Assembly (NCBI GenBank): GCA_944392265.1
Contig: CALXWC010000005.1
Coordinates: forward strand, 737 to 64,736
Source of the DNA: an uncultured Alphaproteobacteria bacterium
Lineage (GTDB): Bacteria; Pseudomonadota; Alphaproteobacteria; RF32; CAG-239
Length of the DNA: 64,000 nt
Direction of reading: 5' to 3'
Shown here: in pieces, positions 19,725 through 29,404 of the stretch
Numbering within the stretch: position 1 is the first letter of the stretch
Layout: each line of letters opens with the position of its first letter
Notes under the pieces: model-generated
The model's input: the letters and a program-made list of their open reading frames with translations, nothing else
Databases searched by the model: none
What the model was told of the DNA's origin: nothing
Made by a program: the position numbers and the translations under genes

Positions 19725-20633
19725 CTATTCAATATTCTGTACTTGTTCTCTAAACTGTTCAATCAAAGTTTTTAACTGCATTCCCAAGTTTGTAAGCTCA
19801 ATATCGCAAGACTTTGAGCAGGTTGTATTTGCTTCTCTGTTCAACTCCTGACACAAAAAGTCTAATCTTCTGCCCACAGCCTCATCTTTATTTAACAAAT
19901 CCTGAGCCGTTAAAATATGGGCTTTCAATCTGTCCACCTCTTCCTGAATATCTGCTTTAGCCACATACATCGCCACTTCTTGAGATAATCTGTCTTCAGA
20001 AACCGCATTAGACGGGTCTAACAAAACTTCCAACTGAGCCAACAACTTCTGTTTTATTTTTTCAGGTTGCGATTGAGCAATTGTTTCAACTTTTTTGACT
20101 ATATTATCAATATTTACCAGAATATCAAGTAAAGCTTTTTTTATTTTCTTTCCTTCTTCTTCTCTATCTTTTTTTAGTTTCTTGCAAGCATTTTCAAAGA
20201 CTGACAACAAATGCTTTACCAAAAGAGCAGTATCTTCTTCTGAAAGGGTTTCATCTTCAAAAGAGAAAACATTTTTTATATTAAGCAAATCTGTTGTTGA
20301 GGGTTTTTGCAGCTGATTAGGATAAGTCTCATACAGTTCAATGGCTTTTAACGTCAAAACAGACAAGAGTTTGTCATCTATCACTATCTTTTGCGCAGAC
20401 ACATTGGAAGACAAGTCTAAAAACACACTGAAACTTCCGCGTGCAAAATATTTTTGCACAATTTCTTTGCACCCAGGCAACAAAGAAAACTCTAACCAAG
20501 ACGGAAGCTTAAATTTCACATCCATAGACTTATTATTAACGCTCTTTATCTCCCAAAACCAATTAAAATCAGAATTATTGAGAAGACAATCACCGTTCTC
20601 ACGAGCAAAACCGGTCATACTTGAAATACTCAA
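19725..20633 (-). CDS. yicC: YicC-family stress-induced protein (YicC_N + DUF1732)
   Basis: 302 aa. MSISSMTGFAR N-terminus typical of YicC. Conserved yicC-gmk adjacency. Confidence 0.8.
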   Translation of the reverse strand: MSISSMTGFARENGDCLLNNSDFNWFWEIKSVNNKSMDVKFKLPSWLEFSLLPGCKEIVQKYFARGSFSVFLDLSSNVSAQKIVIDDKLLSVLTLKAIELYETYPNQLQKPSTTDLLNIKNVFSFEDETLSEEDTALLVKHLLSVFENACKKLKKDREEEGKKIKKALLDILVNIDNIVKKVETIAQSQPEKIKQKLLAQLEVLLDPSNAVSEDRLSQEVAMYVAKADIQEEVDRLKAHILTAQDLLNKDEAVGRRLDFLCQELNREANTTCSKSCDIELTNLGMQLKTLIEQFREQVQNIE

Positions 20634-20711
20634 AACAAACTCCTTAAAACTTTATTAGCTTTTGAGTTATTATAATCTCAAAAAATTAATACTAAGTTTA
20701 AGGAAAATAAA

Positions 20712-21602
20712 ATGCCTCAAAGAAATTTAAATATTTTAATTACCGGTGCCACATCAGGCATTGGCGAAGCATTGGCTCTGCATTATGCCCAAACACAAGC
20801 CAAAAATTTATTTATATGCGGTAGAAACGAAGATCGCTTAAAAATAGTTGAAAGCAAATGCCAAAAGTTAGGAGCCGTTGTTTATGGCAAAATCATTGAT
20901 GTTACCGATAAAGATGCCATGAATAATTGGATTAACGAATGCAATCAAACCGCACCGCTAAATTTGGTTATTGCCAATGCCGGCATCGGAATGCCCACCG
21001 AGACCAATGAAGCCATCTATCAAACATTTGACACCAATGTAAACGGTGTCTTGAACACGGTTATTCCAATCTTAGACATCTATAAAGATTATATAATAAA
21101 AGAACAAAACGAAAATTCTTCTTTAGATAAATTCATCAGCAAAATGAAAAAGAGCAAACGCGCTTTTTATGTCCCGTTCTGGGATAAAATCAGATTAAGC
21201 TCTTCAGGCAATGAGTTTTTCCACTTAAAGACCCAACAAATTGTCATCATCAGCTCAATTGCCGGTTATCATGGCTTGGCCACTTGTCCGGCTTACAGTG
21301 CATCAAAAGCATGTGTTAAAGCTTGGGGTGAAGCTTTAAGAGTAAAATATGCACCTTTGCAAATTAAGGTCAATGTGGTTTGCCCGGGGTTTGTCCGTTC
21401 TCGCATCACAGACAAAAACACCTGCCCCATGCCTTTCTTTATGGAAGGAGATGTTGCCGCAAAAATCATAGCTAAAGGTATAGAGAAAAACAAAGGAATT
21501 ATTGCTTTTCCGTGGCAATTAAGATTCGCCACTTGGTTTGTATCAATCCTGCCGAATTGGCTAAGCGATAAAATTTATGCCAAACTTCCGAATAAAGCCT
21601 GA
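20712..21602 (+). CDS. Short-chain dehydrogenase/reductase (SDR) with an internal ~55-aa AT-rich insertion
   Basis: 296 aa. ITGATSGIGEALA Rossmann motif and YSASK catalytic motif. An Asn/Lys/Ile-rich insert (IYKDYIIKEQNENSSLDKFISKMKKSKRAFYVPFWDKIRL...) interrupts the fold between them. Confidence 0.8.
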   Translation: MPQRNLNILITGATSGIGEALALHYAQTQAKNLFICGRNEDRLKIVESKCQKLGAVVYGKIIDVTDKDAMNNWINECNQTAPLNLVIANAGIGMPTETNEAIYQTFDTNVNGVLNTVIPILDIYKDYIIKEQNENSSLDKFISKMKKSKRAFYVPFWDKIRLSSSGNEFFHLKTQQIVIISSIAGYHGLATCPAYSASKACVKAWGEALRVKYAPLQIKVNVVCPGFVRSRITDKNTCPMPFFMEGDVAAKIIAKGIEKNKGIIAFPWQLRFATWFVSILPNWLSDKIYAKLPNKA

Positions 21603-21627
21603 GTTTTCAGGCTTTATTTTTAATTTT
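21595..21627 (+). terminator. Terminator hairpin spanning the convergent stop codons of the SDR gene and ampG
   Basis: aagcctga-gttt-tcaggctt followed by tatttttaatttt. The SDR TGA lies in the 5' arm and the ampG stop in the 3' arm. Confidence 0.55.
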
Positions 21628-22893
21628 GTGTTGCAAAAGCCACAGAATAATCACACCCGGAAGAGCCATTAGTGTTGTGATAATAAAGAAATCTTGCCAG
21701 CCCACAACCTTGACCAGCGCTCCTGAAGTTGAGGCAAGTAAATCTCTGGCCAAAGACATAAAAGATGAAAGAAGCGCATATTGTGTTGCCGTATATGCCG
21801 TATTACACAAAGATGAAATATACGCCACAAAGGCGGTTGTACTCATACCTCCGGCCAAATTATCCAAGGATATGGTAGCCATCAGCATCGGCAAATCATT
21901 ACCGCAGTCAGCCAAAATCACATACATCAAAGTTGTAATACCTTGCAAAAAGCTTCCCAAATATAAGCTTTTCACAATGCCAAAGCGGTTAACAATAATT
22001 CCACCCAAAATACCGCCGATAATTGTGGCTGCCATTCCATAAAATTTGGTTACAAAAGCAATCTGAGTTTTGGTAAAACCCAAAGCATAATAAAAAGGCA
22101 TGGTCATCGGCACCATATAGGCGTCACAGAGTTTATAAAACATCACAAACAACAAAACCACAAACCAAGACGGTCTTGTTATAAAATCGGCAATCGGACT
22201 TTTAACCGCTGTTTGGTAAAAGTTTTTCAATCTTTGCCACAAATTTCCCTTAAACTTTGGATTCTTGGCTTTAGATTTTTTAGGCTCTTTTGAAAAAAAT
22301 ATTGTTACCATACCCAAAACAGCACCCAAAGCCATCAAGGCATAAACTTGATTCCAACTTAAAACAGAGGCCAATATCAAAGCTACGGCACCCGAAAATA
22401 CCGAACCGATTCTATATCCCAAAATAAACATAGCAGTTCCGGCCGCTTGGTCACGGTTATCAAAACTCTCCACACGATATGCATCTAACACAATATCTTG
22501 CGTGGCTGAGGCAAAAACCGTAAGAAGAGCCAAAAACATTAAGATATAAATATTTTGCGCCGGCTCAATGCAAGACATCAGTAAAATAAAAAGCAAAAGC
22601 ATCGTTTGAGAAAATATTGCCCAACCGCGACGATGTCCAAACCTCTTAAAAAACGGAATATCCAGTCTATCAACCAAAGGAGACCAAACCCATTTGAAGC
22701 TATATGGTGTTTTCACCAAAGAAAACAAGCCGACCATCTCCAGTCCCACACCTGAATCTGTCAGCCACAAGGCCAAAGTTCCGCTAACCAGCAAAAAGGG
22801 GAAACCACTGGAAAAGCCCAAACCAATCATGGTCAGCATTCGCCAATCCCAATAAACCGTTAAAGCATTTTTCCATTTTTGAATCATATCCAC
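21607..22893 (-). CDS. ampG: Muropeptide MFS transporter AmpG
   Basis: 428 aa. 12-transmembrane MFS. N-terminal region LGFSSGFPFLLVSGTLALWL typical of AmpG. Confidence 0.8.
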   Translation of the reverse strand: MDMIQKWKNALTVYWDWRMLTMIGLGFSSGFPFLLVSGTLALWLTDSGVGLEMVGLFSLVKTPYSFKWVWSPLVDRLDIPFFKRFGHRRGWAIFSQTMLLLFILLMSCIEPAQNIYILMFLALLTVFASATQDIVLDAYRVESFDNRDQAAGTAMFILGYRIGSVFSGAVALILASVLSWNQVYALMALGAVLGMVTIFFSKEPKKSKAKNPKFKGNLWQRLKNFYQTAVKSPIADFITRPSWFVVLLFVMFYKLCDAYMVPMTMPFYYALGFTKTQIAFVTKFYGMAATIIGGILGGIIVNRFGIVKSLYLGSFLQGITTLMYVILADCGNDLPMLMATISLDNLAGGMSTTAFVAYISSLCNTAYTATQYALLSSFMSLARDLLASTSGALVKVVGWQDFFIITTLMALPGVIILWLLQHKIKNKA

Positions 22894-23010
22894 CTCTTAA
22901 AAACAAAAACCTAGCAGAAATAAGTTAATAAATTATAATTTTGCACAATCCTTTTTTTGTTTTTTCAGCTTATTATAAAAAAATTTTTAAACCATATTTA
23001 CAAAATATAA

Positions 23011-23029
23011 ACACACTATATATAGTATG
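23011..23029 (+). promoter_or_regulatory. Candidate NrdR box upstream of nrdA. A weaker second box lies about 31 bp downstream at ~23041-23058.
   Basis: acacactatatatagtat matches the palindromic NrdR consensus acaCwAtATaTwGtgt with one mismatch. The second site acataatatagttt is about three helical turns away. Confidence 0.45.
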
Positions 23030-23082
23030 CAACTGAAAAACAAAATACATAATATAGTTTAACAAGATGAGGGCAAGATATT

Positions 23083-25362
23083 ATGGAAAATCAAAAAATT
23101 ATTAAAAGAAACGGTCAAATTTCAGACTTTAATCTTTCAAAAATCACCCGCACGGTTGAACGTGCCATAGAGGGCTTTGACTTAGATAAAAACAAGTTAT
23201 TAGAAACCATTCCAAGTTTTTATAAAGAAAATATGCCCACCAAAGAAATCAACAATGCTTTGATTTTAAGTTCTCTCAACTTAACTTCCGTCTTAGAACC
23301 AGATTGGAAAAACGCAGCCGGAAGATTAAAAGTTTTTGATTTATACAAACAAGTAAAAAATTATCGTAAAAGTAATTTGGCTGTTCCATATGATTATGAA
23401 AGTTTTTTAGATTTTGCCATTAAAAACAATGTTTATTCATCTGTAATTCAAGAAAAATATTCTAAAGAAGAAATTAAAGAGGCCGCCTCTTTCATTAAGC
23501 CTGAATTAGATTTGGTATATGATTATGCCGGTGCCAACCTGCTTATCAAAAGATATTTGTGCGAGTTTGATGACCAAATTGTTGAGCTTCCGCAAGAAAT
23601 GTTTTTAAGCATTGCCTTGTTAATTGAACAAAACGAAGACAAAGCTGTTCGTATGGCTCAGGTAAAAGACACTTACCTCAAATTGGCTGACCGCAAAATC
23701 TCTTTGGGCACACCGTTGTTGATGAATTTGCGTCGCCCTAACGGCAATTTGAGCTCTTGCTTTATCACCGTTATGGATGATAATCGTGATTCCATTTTTT
23801 ATGTTATCGACCAAATCTCTGCCATTTCCAAATTTGGCGGCGGTGTTGGTGTTAACATTTCTCGCGTTAGAGCCAAAGGCGCACGCATTAAAGGTATTAA
23901 AAATGCCTCTGGTGGTGTTATTCCTTGGATTCGCATCATTAACGACACCGCCATTGCCGTCAATCAACAAGGCAAACGCAAAGGTGCCGTTACCGTTTCT
24001 TTAGATATGTGGCACTTAGATATTGAAAACTTTTTGGAACTCCGTACCGAAAACGGCGACCAACGTATGAAAGCTTATGACATCTTCCCACAAGTTGTCA
24101 TCCCCGACTTATTCATGAAAAAAGTTGAGAATAATGAAAAATGGCTTTTGGTTGACCCTCAAGAAATCCGCACCAAATATCATCAAGAAATTGCCGACTT
24201 ATGGGGCGAAGAGTTTGAAAAACTTTATAATCAACTTTATTTTGATGCCGAGTTTGGCAAGCTTGAAATGTTTAAGTTTGTTCCGGCCAAAGAGCTTTTG
24301 AAACGCTTGATGAAATCTCAAGTAGAAACCGGCATGCCTTACATTGCTTTCAAAGATACCTTAAACCGTTATAACCCTAACAAACATGACGGTATCATTG
24401 TCGGCACCAACCTCTGTACGGAATCTCACAGTAACGTCCGTCCGGCTAAGTTTGGCGAAAAAAGAATTGAAAACGGCAAAATTATTTCTGAAACCTATGA
24501 TGGTTTGGTTCACGTTTGCAATTTGGTTTCCATCAACTTAGCAAACATAAACAGTGATGAAGAATTGGAAAGCATCTGCCAAACTTCCGTGCGCATTTTG
24601 GATAATGCCATAGACTTTACCCAAGTGCCGATTATGGAAGGTTCTTTACACAACCAAAGATACCGCACCATCGGCATTGGTGCCATGGGCTTGGCAGATT
24701 ATTTGGCTAAGAATAATATTCCTTACGTTAACTCTGCCGATGTGGTTGATGACTTATTTGAAAAAATGGCCATTTATAACATCAAAGCCAGCATTAATGT
24801 TGCCAAAAACAAAGGTACATTTGGGGCATATCAAGGTTCAGATTGGCAAAAAGGCATCATTTTGGGCAAAACCCAAGTTTGGTTTAATGCCAACTCCAAA
24901 TATAAAAAAGACTGGAATGAAATTTATGAAAATTTGCAAAAATACGGCATTCGCAATTCACAAATTTCGGCCATTGCGCCAAATACCAGCTCTTCTTTGA
25001 TTCAAGGCTGCACCGCTTCCGTTTTGCCGATATACAGCAAATTCTTCGTTGAAACTCATGGTAAAGGCAGTATTCCCAACTGTCCGCCATTCATCAAAGA
25101 CAAATTCTGGTTTTATCAAGAAAATCGCAATATTGACCAAAGAAAAATTGTTGAAATTATGTCACGCATTAACAAATGGATTGATACCGGAATATCAATT
25201 GAACTGATGTACAATCTCAACCGCGATATCAGAGCCAAAGACATTTATGAAACCATTATGTCTGCATGGAAAAAAGACATCAAAACACTTTATTACACCC
25301 GCACCATTCAAAAAGACGGCTCATCGGCGGCCAAAGAAGAATGTGTCAGCTGCGCCGGATAA
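23083..25362 (+). CDS. nrdA: Class Ia ribonucleotide reductase alpha subunit with N-terminal ATP-cone
   Basis: 759 aa. ATP-cone (KIIKRNGQISDFNLSKI), catalytic-site motif GTNLCTE, C-terminal CxxC (CVSCAG). Confidence 0.92.
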   Translation: MENQKIIKRNGQISDFNLSKITRTVERAIEGFDLDKNKLLETIPSFYKENMPTKEINNALILSSLNLTSVLEPDWKNAAGRLKVFDLYKQVKNYRKSNLAVPYDYESFLDFAIKNNVYSSVIQEKYSKEEIKEAASFIKPELDLVYDYAGANLLIKRYLCEFDDQIVELPQEMFLSIALLIEQNEDKAVRMAQVKDTYLKLADRKISLGTPLLMNLRRPNGNLSSCFITVMDDNRDSIFYVIDQISAISKFGGGVGVNISRVRAKGARIKGIKNASGGVIPWIRIINDTAIAVNQQGKRKGAVTVSLDMWHLDIENFLELRTENGDQRMKAYDIFPQVVIPDLFMKKVENNEKWLLVDPQEIRTKYHQEIADLWGEEFEKLYNQLYFDAEFGKLEMFKFVPAKELLKRLMKSQVETGMPYIAFKDTLNRYNPNKHDGIIVGTNLCTESHSNVRPAKFGEKRIENGKIISETYDGLVHVCNLVSINLANINSDEELESICQTSVRILDNAIDFTQVPIMEGSLHNQRYRTIGIGAMGLADYLAKNNIPYVNSADVVDDLFEKMAIYNIKASINVAKNKGTFGAYQGSDWQKGIILGKTQVWFNANSKYKKDWNEIYENLQKYGIRNSQISAIAPNTSSSLIQGCTASVLPIYSKFFVETHGKGSIPNCPPFIKDKFWFYQENRNIDQRKIVEIMSRINKWIDTGISIELMYNLNRDIRAKDIYETIMSAWKKDIKTLYYTRTIQKDGSSAAKEECVSCAG

Positions 25363-25381
25363 ATATTAAAGGACAACAAAA

Positions 25382-26416
25382 ATGCAAAGAAAAAAACTTT
25401 TTAACATTGAAGGCAATGATGATGTTTTGCAACGCAAAATGATTGCCGGCAACGTCACCAACTTGTTCAACTTAAACAACGTTAAGTACCAATGGGCAAA
25501 CAAGCTTTATCGTTTGATGATGGAAAACTTCTGGATTCCGGAAAAAGTTTCGCTCTATGATGATAAACGTTCTTACGATGAACTCACACCTGCGGAACAA
25601 AACGCCTATGACGGCATCTTGTCATTTTTGGTTTTCTTGGATAGTATCCAAACCAACAACTTGCCAAACATTTCAGACTACATCACCGCACCTGAAGTTA
25701 ACCTTATTTTGGCTATTCAAACTTATCAAGAAGCTGTTCACTCTCAAAGCTACGCTTATATCATTGAGAGTATTATTCCGGCAGAAAAAAGAGCCACGAT
25801 TTATGACCGTTGGCGCGAAGACAAAGTCTTGCTTGAACGCAACAAATACATTGCCGAAATTTATCAAAAATTTGTAGATGAACGTAATGACGTTAACTTT
25901 GCTCGTGTATTGGTTGCCAACTTCCTTCTGGAAGGCTTATATTTTTACAATGGCTTTAACTTCTTTTACAATTTGGCCGCACGTTCATTAATGATTGGCA
26001 CGGCAGATGAAATCAAATACATTAACCGTGATGAATTGACTCACTGCGTTATTTTCTCAAACATCATCAAAGAAATTCGCAAAGAAAGACCGCAATTTTT
26101 CAACGATGACGAGATTTATGAAATGTTCCGCAAAGCAACTGAACAAGAAATTGCATGGAGCAATCATATTATTGGCGACCAAGTTTTGGGTATCACCCCG
26201 CAGACCATTGAACAATACACCAAGTTTATGGCCAATAAACGCTTGAAAGAAATCGGCTTAAACCCGATTTATGAAGGTTTTAACGAAACTCCGTATAAAA
26301 ACTTGGAAAAAATCTCCGATACCAACGGTGAAGGCAACGTTAAAGGCAACTTTTTTGAAGCCAATGTTTCTTCATACAACCAATCCACCGCGGTTGAAGG
26401 TTGGGACGAAATTTAA
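25382..26416 (+). CDS. nrdB: Class Ia ribonucleotide reductase beta subunit
   Basis: 344 aa. Di-iron ligand context (YQEAVHSQSY...). Follows nrdA after a 19-bp gap. Confidence 0.9.
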   Translation: MQRKKLFNIEGNDDVLQRKMIAGNVTNLFNLNNVKYQWANKLYRLMMENFWIPEKVSLYDDKRSYDELTPAEQNAYDGILSFLVFLDSIQTNNLPNISDYITAPEVNLILAIQTYQEAVHSQSYAYIIESIIPAEKRATIYDRWREDKVLLERNKYIAEIYQKFVDERNDVNFARVLVANFLLEGLYFYNGFNFFYNLAARSLMIGTADEIKYINRDELTHCVIFSNIIKEIRKERPQFFNDDEIYEMFRKATEQEIAWSNHIIGDQVLGITPQTIEQYTKFMANKRLKEIGLNPIYEGFNETPYKNLEKISDTNGEGNVKGNFFEANVSSYNQSTAVEGWDEI

Positions 26417-26423
26417 GCGATAT

Positions 26424-26458
26424 AAAAAAGGGCTGGAAATCAGCCCTTTCTTTTTTTT
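26424..26458. terminator. Bidirectional terminator between nrdB (+) and secB (-)
   Basis: aaaaaa-gggctg-gaaat-cagccc-tttcttttttttt. Confidence 0.7.
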
Positions 26459-26475
26459 GAACAATGTATTTAAAA

Positions 26476-26943
26476 TTATTGTTTGTTTTGCTTTGCTTGA
26501 TAAATTGCGGCAAAATCAATCGGATTAAGCATAAACGGCGGTAAGCCGGCTTCCATTAAAGATGTTGTGATTATTTGGCGAGCAAACGGGAACAACATTC
26601 TTGGAATTTCAATACCCAAAATAGGGTCAATATGTTCTTGCGGCACATTTAATTGCACAACGGCAGCATAAGTTAATTCAATAATAAAAAACTTCTTTCC
26701 GGCAGCATCTGCATTAATGGCAAATCCCAAATCCACGTTATAAAAATTATCACCCAATGGCTTAACATCAATATTAACGTCAACTTTTACATCCGGTGTT
26801 TGCTTAACTTCCTTAAAAATTTCCGGTGCATAAGGAATTTCCAAAGAAAAATCTTTAATGTATTGATTATTAATAACAATAGCAGGATGCTGTTGTTTAT
26901 TCTCATTTTGAGGTTGGTTATCTTGTTGCATTTTTATCTCCAA
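26476..26943 (-). CDS. secB: Protein-export chaperone SecB
   Basis: 155 aa. Q-rich N-terminus, then a SecB core (FIIELTYAAVVQL..., MLFPFARQIITTSLMEAGLPP). Confidence 0.88.
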   Translation of the reverse strand: MEIKMQQDNQPQNENKQQHPAIVINNQYIKDFSLEIPYAPEIFKEVKQTPDVKVDVNIDVKPLGDNFYNVDLGFAINADAAGKKFFIIELTYAAVVQLNVPQEHIDPILGIEIPRMLFPFARQIITTSLMEAGLPPFMLNPIDFAAIYQAKQNKQ

Positions 26944-27096
26944 ATATAAACATCATTTAAATAAGCAATACACTTAAAAATTAAAGAGGTCAATTATTTA
27001 GATTTTTATTAATAACGATAATTTATATTGCGAAAAAAATAAAAAATTCCTATATTAAAAAGAGTTAGATAAAGGATAAAAGGATATATATATAAA

Positions 27097-27744
27097 ATGG
27101 GACAGTTTTTTGACATCATAATTTTATTGTTTGTAGTTTTAATGATTTTTTTCAGATTAAAATCCGTTTTAGGTACCCGTCCCGAAGGCACCAAAATTTC
27201 AGATGAAAATGCCGCAAAGATATTTGACGTCATTATGAAAGAAGCCGAAAAATATAAAGCCAATGAAGATAGATATCTTGAAAAAATTAACGATGTTAAT
27301 TTAACCGAAATTCAAAAAACTTTAGCAACCATTCCAAATTTTAACGAGCAAAATTTCTTATCCGGCGCCAGAAAAGCTTTTGAAATGATTTTAACCGCCT
27401 TTTCCAAACAAGATGTTGAAACTTTGGAAATGCTAACCAATAAAACCATTTATAAAAAATTCAATGAAATCATTGAGCAAAGAAAAGCTGACGGTATAAT
27501 CTCGGAAATGGACTTTATCGGCTTTAAGAGCGCCATTATTGTAGACGCTAAGGTTACCAAAAGTAACATTGCAAAAATTACCGTAGAGTTTGTTTCAGAA
27601 CAAGTTAATGTGCTCAAAGATAAAGACGGCAATGTTATTGAAGGTGATGAGCAATATATTCAAACCATTACGGATAATTGGACCTTTGAAAAAGCAATAA
27701 CATCAACCAACCCCAATTGGATATTAATTTCAACAAAGAAATAA
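27097..27744 (+). CDS. Tim44-like domain membrane protein
   Basis: 215 aa. N-terminal transmembrane segment, C-terminal Tim44-like/NTF2-like region. Conserved secB-tim44-mltA neighbourhood. Confidence 0.75.
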   Translation: MGQFFDIIILLFVVLMIFFRLKSVLGTRPEGTKISDENAAKIFDVIMKEAEKYKANEDRYLEKINDVNLTEIQKTLATIPNFNEQNFLSGARKAFEMILTAFSKQDVETLEMLTNKTIYKKFNEIIEQRKADGIISEMDFIGFKSAIIVDAKVTKSNIAKITVEFVSEQVNVLKDKDGNVIEGDEQYIQTITDNWTFEKAITSTNPNWILISTKK

Positions 27745-27746
27745 CA

Positions 27747-28901
27747 ATGAAAAACATATTAAAAATATTTTGTCTTTGCTTTTTTCTATTCTCTTGCGGA
27801 GAAGAAACTTCTACGCCGACAGATGTTTCTTCAGAAGATTTAGAGCTCAAAAAAGCACGTTTTTCAGATTTAAACAATTGGCAAAAAGATGATATTTCTC
27901 AGGCCATAAAAGCATTCAAAAAATCTTGTGAACAAATAAAAAGCAAAAAAACAGAATATATTGATATGCATGCCGCCATAAAAATTCCGACAAAAGCATA
28001 TTTGGATGTTTGCAAAAAAATAAATAATATCTCTCCGCAAAACTACAAAGATTTTATAGAAAAAAACTTCACACCTTATTTAGTCACATATCAAGGTTCT
28101 TCTGAAGGAAAATTCACGTCTTATTATGAGGCAATGTTATATGGTTCTTATCACAAATCAGATAAATACAAATATCCGGTATACGGTCGCCCTCATGATA
28201 TGATTGAAATCAACCTGCAAGATTTTGATAAATCTCTTCCCAAAAAAAGATTGGTCGGCAGAATTAAGGGCAAAACTTTTATCCCTTATTACACCAGAGA
28301 AGAAATTCATAACAAACCTCTTAATGCACCGATTTTGCTTTGGGCAGATAATGAGGTAGACATCTATGTTATGCAAATTCAGGGTTCAGCCGTTGCGCAT
28401 ATGGATGATGGATCTGAAGTCAGAATAGGCTACGCAGAAAATAATGGTCATCCGTTTAAGGGCATTGGCAGCATTTTATTAGAAGAAGAAAAAATAAAAC
28501 CTGGTCAAGCCTCTATGGATAAAATAAAAAAATGGCTCAAAGAAAATCCGGATTTAGCCGTTGAGCCTATGAACAAAAACAAAAGATATGTCTTCCACCG
28601 CTTGGTTAATTCAGACGGACCGATTGGTGCACAAGGCGCGTCTTTAACCGCAGGCAGAAGTTTGGCCGTTGATAGAAAATTTATTCCTTTAGGAGCTTTA
28701 TTGTGGCTTGAAACAAACGGACCAGACAAAGAAAGCATTGAAAAATTGGTTGTTGCTCAAGATATTGGCGGAGCTATCAAAGGAGCTGTTCGAGGAGATT
28801 ATTTCTGGGGCAGCGGTGGCGATGAAATTTTAGAAAAAGCCGGTCGCATGCATGCCAAAGGACAATATTATATCTTATTACCAAACAAAAAGGAAAAATA
28901 A
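27747..28901 (+). CDS. mltA: Membrane-bound lytic murein transglycosylase A
   Basis: Lipoprotein signal MKNILKIFCLCFFLFSCG. MltA-specific and 3D domains (HRLVNSDGPIGAQGASLTAGRSLAVD). The track ORF begins earlier at a TTG; ATG 27747 with an upstream A-rich ribosome-binding site is preferred. Confidence 0.85.
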   Translation: MKNILKIFCLCFFLFSCGEETSTPTDVSSEDLELKKARFSDLNNWQKDDISQAIKAFKKSCEQIKSKKTEYIDMHAAIKIPTKAYLDVCKKINNISPQNYKDFIEKNFTPYLVTYQGSSEGKFTSYYEAMLYGSYHKSDKYKYPVYGRPHDMIEINLQDFDKSLPKKRLVGRIKGKTFIPYYTREEIHNKPLNAPILLWADNEVDIYVMQIQGSAVAHMDDGSEVRIGYAENNGHPFKGIGSILLEEEKIKPGQASMDKIKKWLKENPDLAVEPMNKNKRYVFHRLVNSDGPIGAQGASLTAGRSLAVDRKFIPLGALLWLETNGPDKESIEKLVVAQDIGGAIKGAVRGDYFWGSGGDEILEKAGRMHAKGQYYILLPNKKEK

Positions 28902-29404
28902 TGGTAAGCAAAGCAGATAAAATGGTTTTCAAAGCCTTAAAAACCGCGGTTGAAAAAGACCAACTGCGCATATATATGGACTATGGCAAGTTAAACCGCC
29001 CCGGCTCTCCGATATATGAACCTTGGGAATGTTTATTACCGATTTTAGTTCCAACCTTAATAGGTCTTCTCTTAATTATTTGTGTTGGCGTAATGTTTGG
29101 TTTATTGTTCATTGTGGCCATGATGATGATTTACACCACCTATTTCAAAAAAAAGCTATACCGCAAAGTTATTGAACGAGCCAAGGCTTATTTAATTTCT
29201 TCTTTTGATAATTGTGAAAAATTATGGAAGTTTGGCGGGTTAGTTTTGGTTAATGCAGCCAATAAAAAATTAGGTTGTGTTTCTCCTGAAGGAGATTGGA
29301 AAGAATTTGTAATACTAAACTTTTCAGATTATATGTTAGATTCAAATAAAACCGAAAAAAAGCCTGAAGAAAAAGATGAAAAAACAACCGCCCAAGATAA
29401 GTAA
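28901..29404 (+). CDS. Hypothetical small inner-membrane protein (2 transmembrane segments), translationally coupled to mltA via TAATG
   Basis: 167 aa. Hydrophobic stretch LLPILVPTLIGLLLIICVGVMFGLLFIVAMMMIYTTYF. Start overlaps the mltA stop (TAATG). 3' end overlaps smr by 29 nt. Confidence 0.5.
   Translation: MVSKADKMVFKALKTAVEKDQLRIYMDYGKLNRPGSPIYEPWECLLPILVPTLIGLLLIICVGVMFGLLFIVAMMMIYTTYFKKKLYRKVIERAKAYLISSFDNCEKLWKFGGLVLVNAANKKLGCVSPEGDWKEFVILNFSDYMLDSNKTEKKPEEKDEKTTAQDK

Noticed and set aside
27717-27746. Longer mltA reading starting at 27717 (MDINFNKEIT...)
   Set aside because: The codon at 27717 is TTG, and it lies inside the tim44 3' end. ATG 27747 directly precedes a canonical lipoprotein signal peptide and is the more plausible start.
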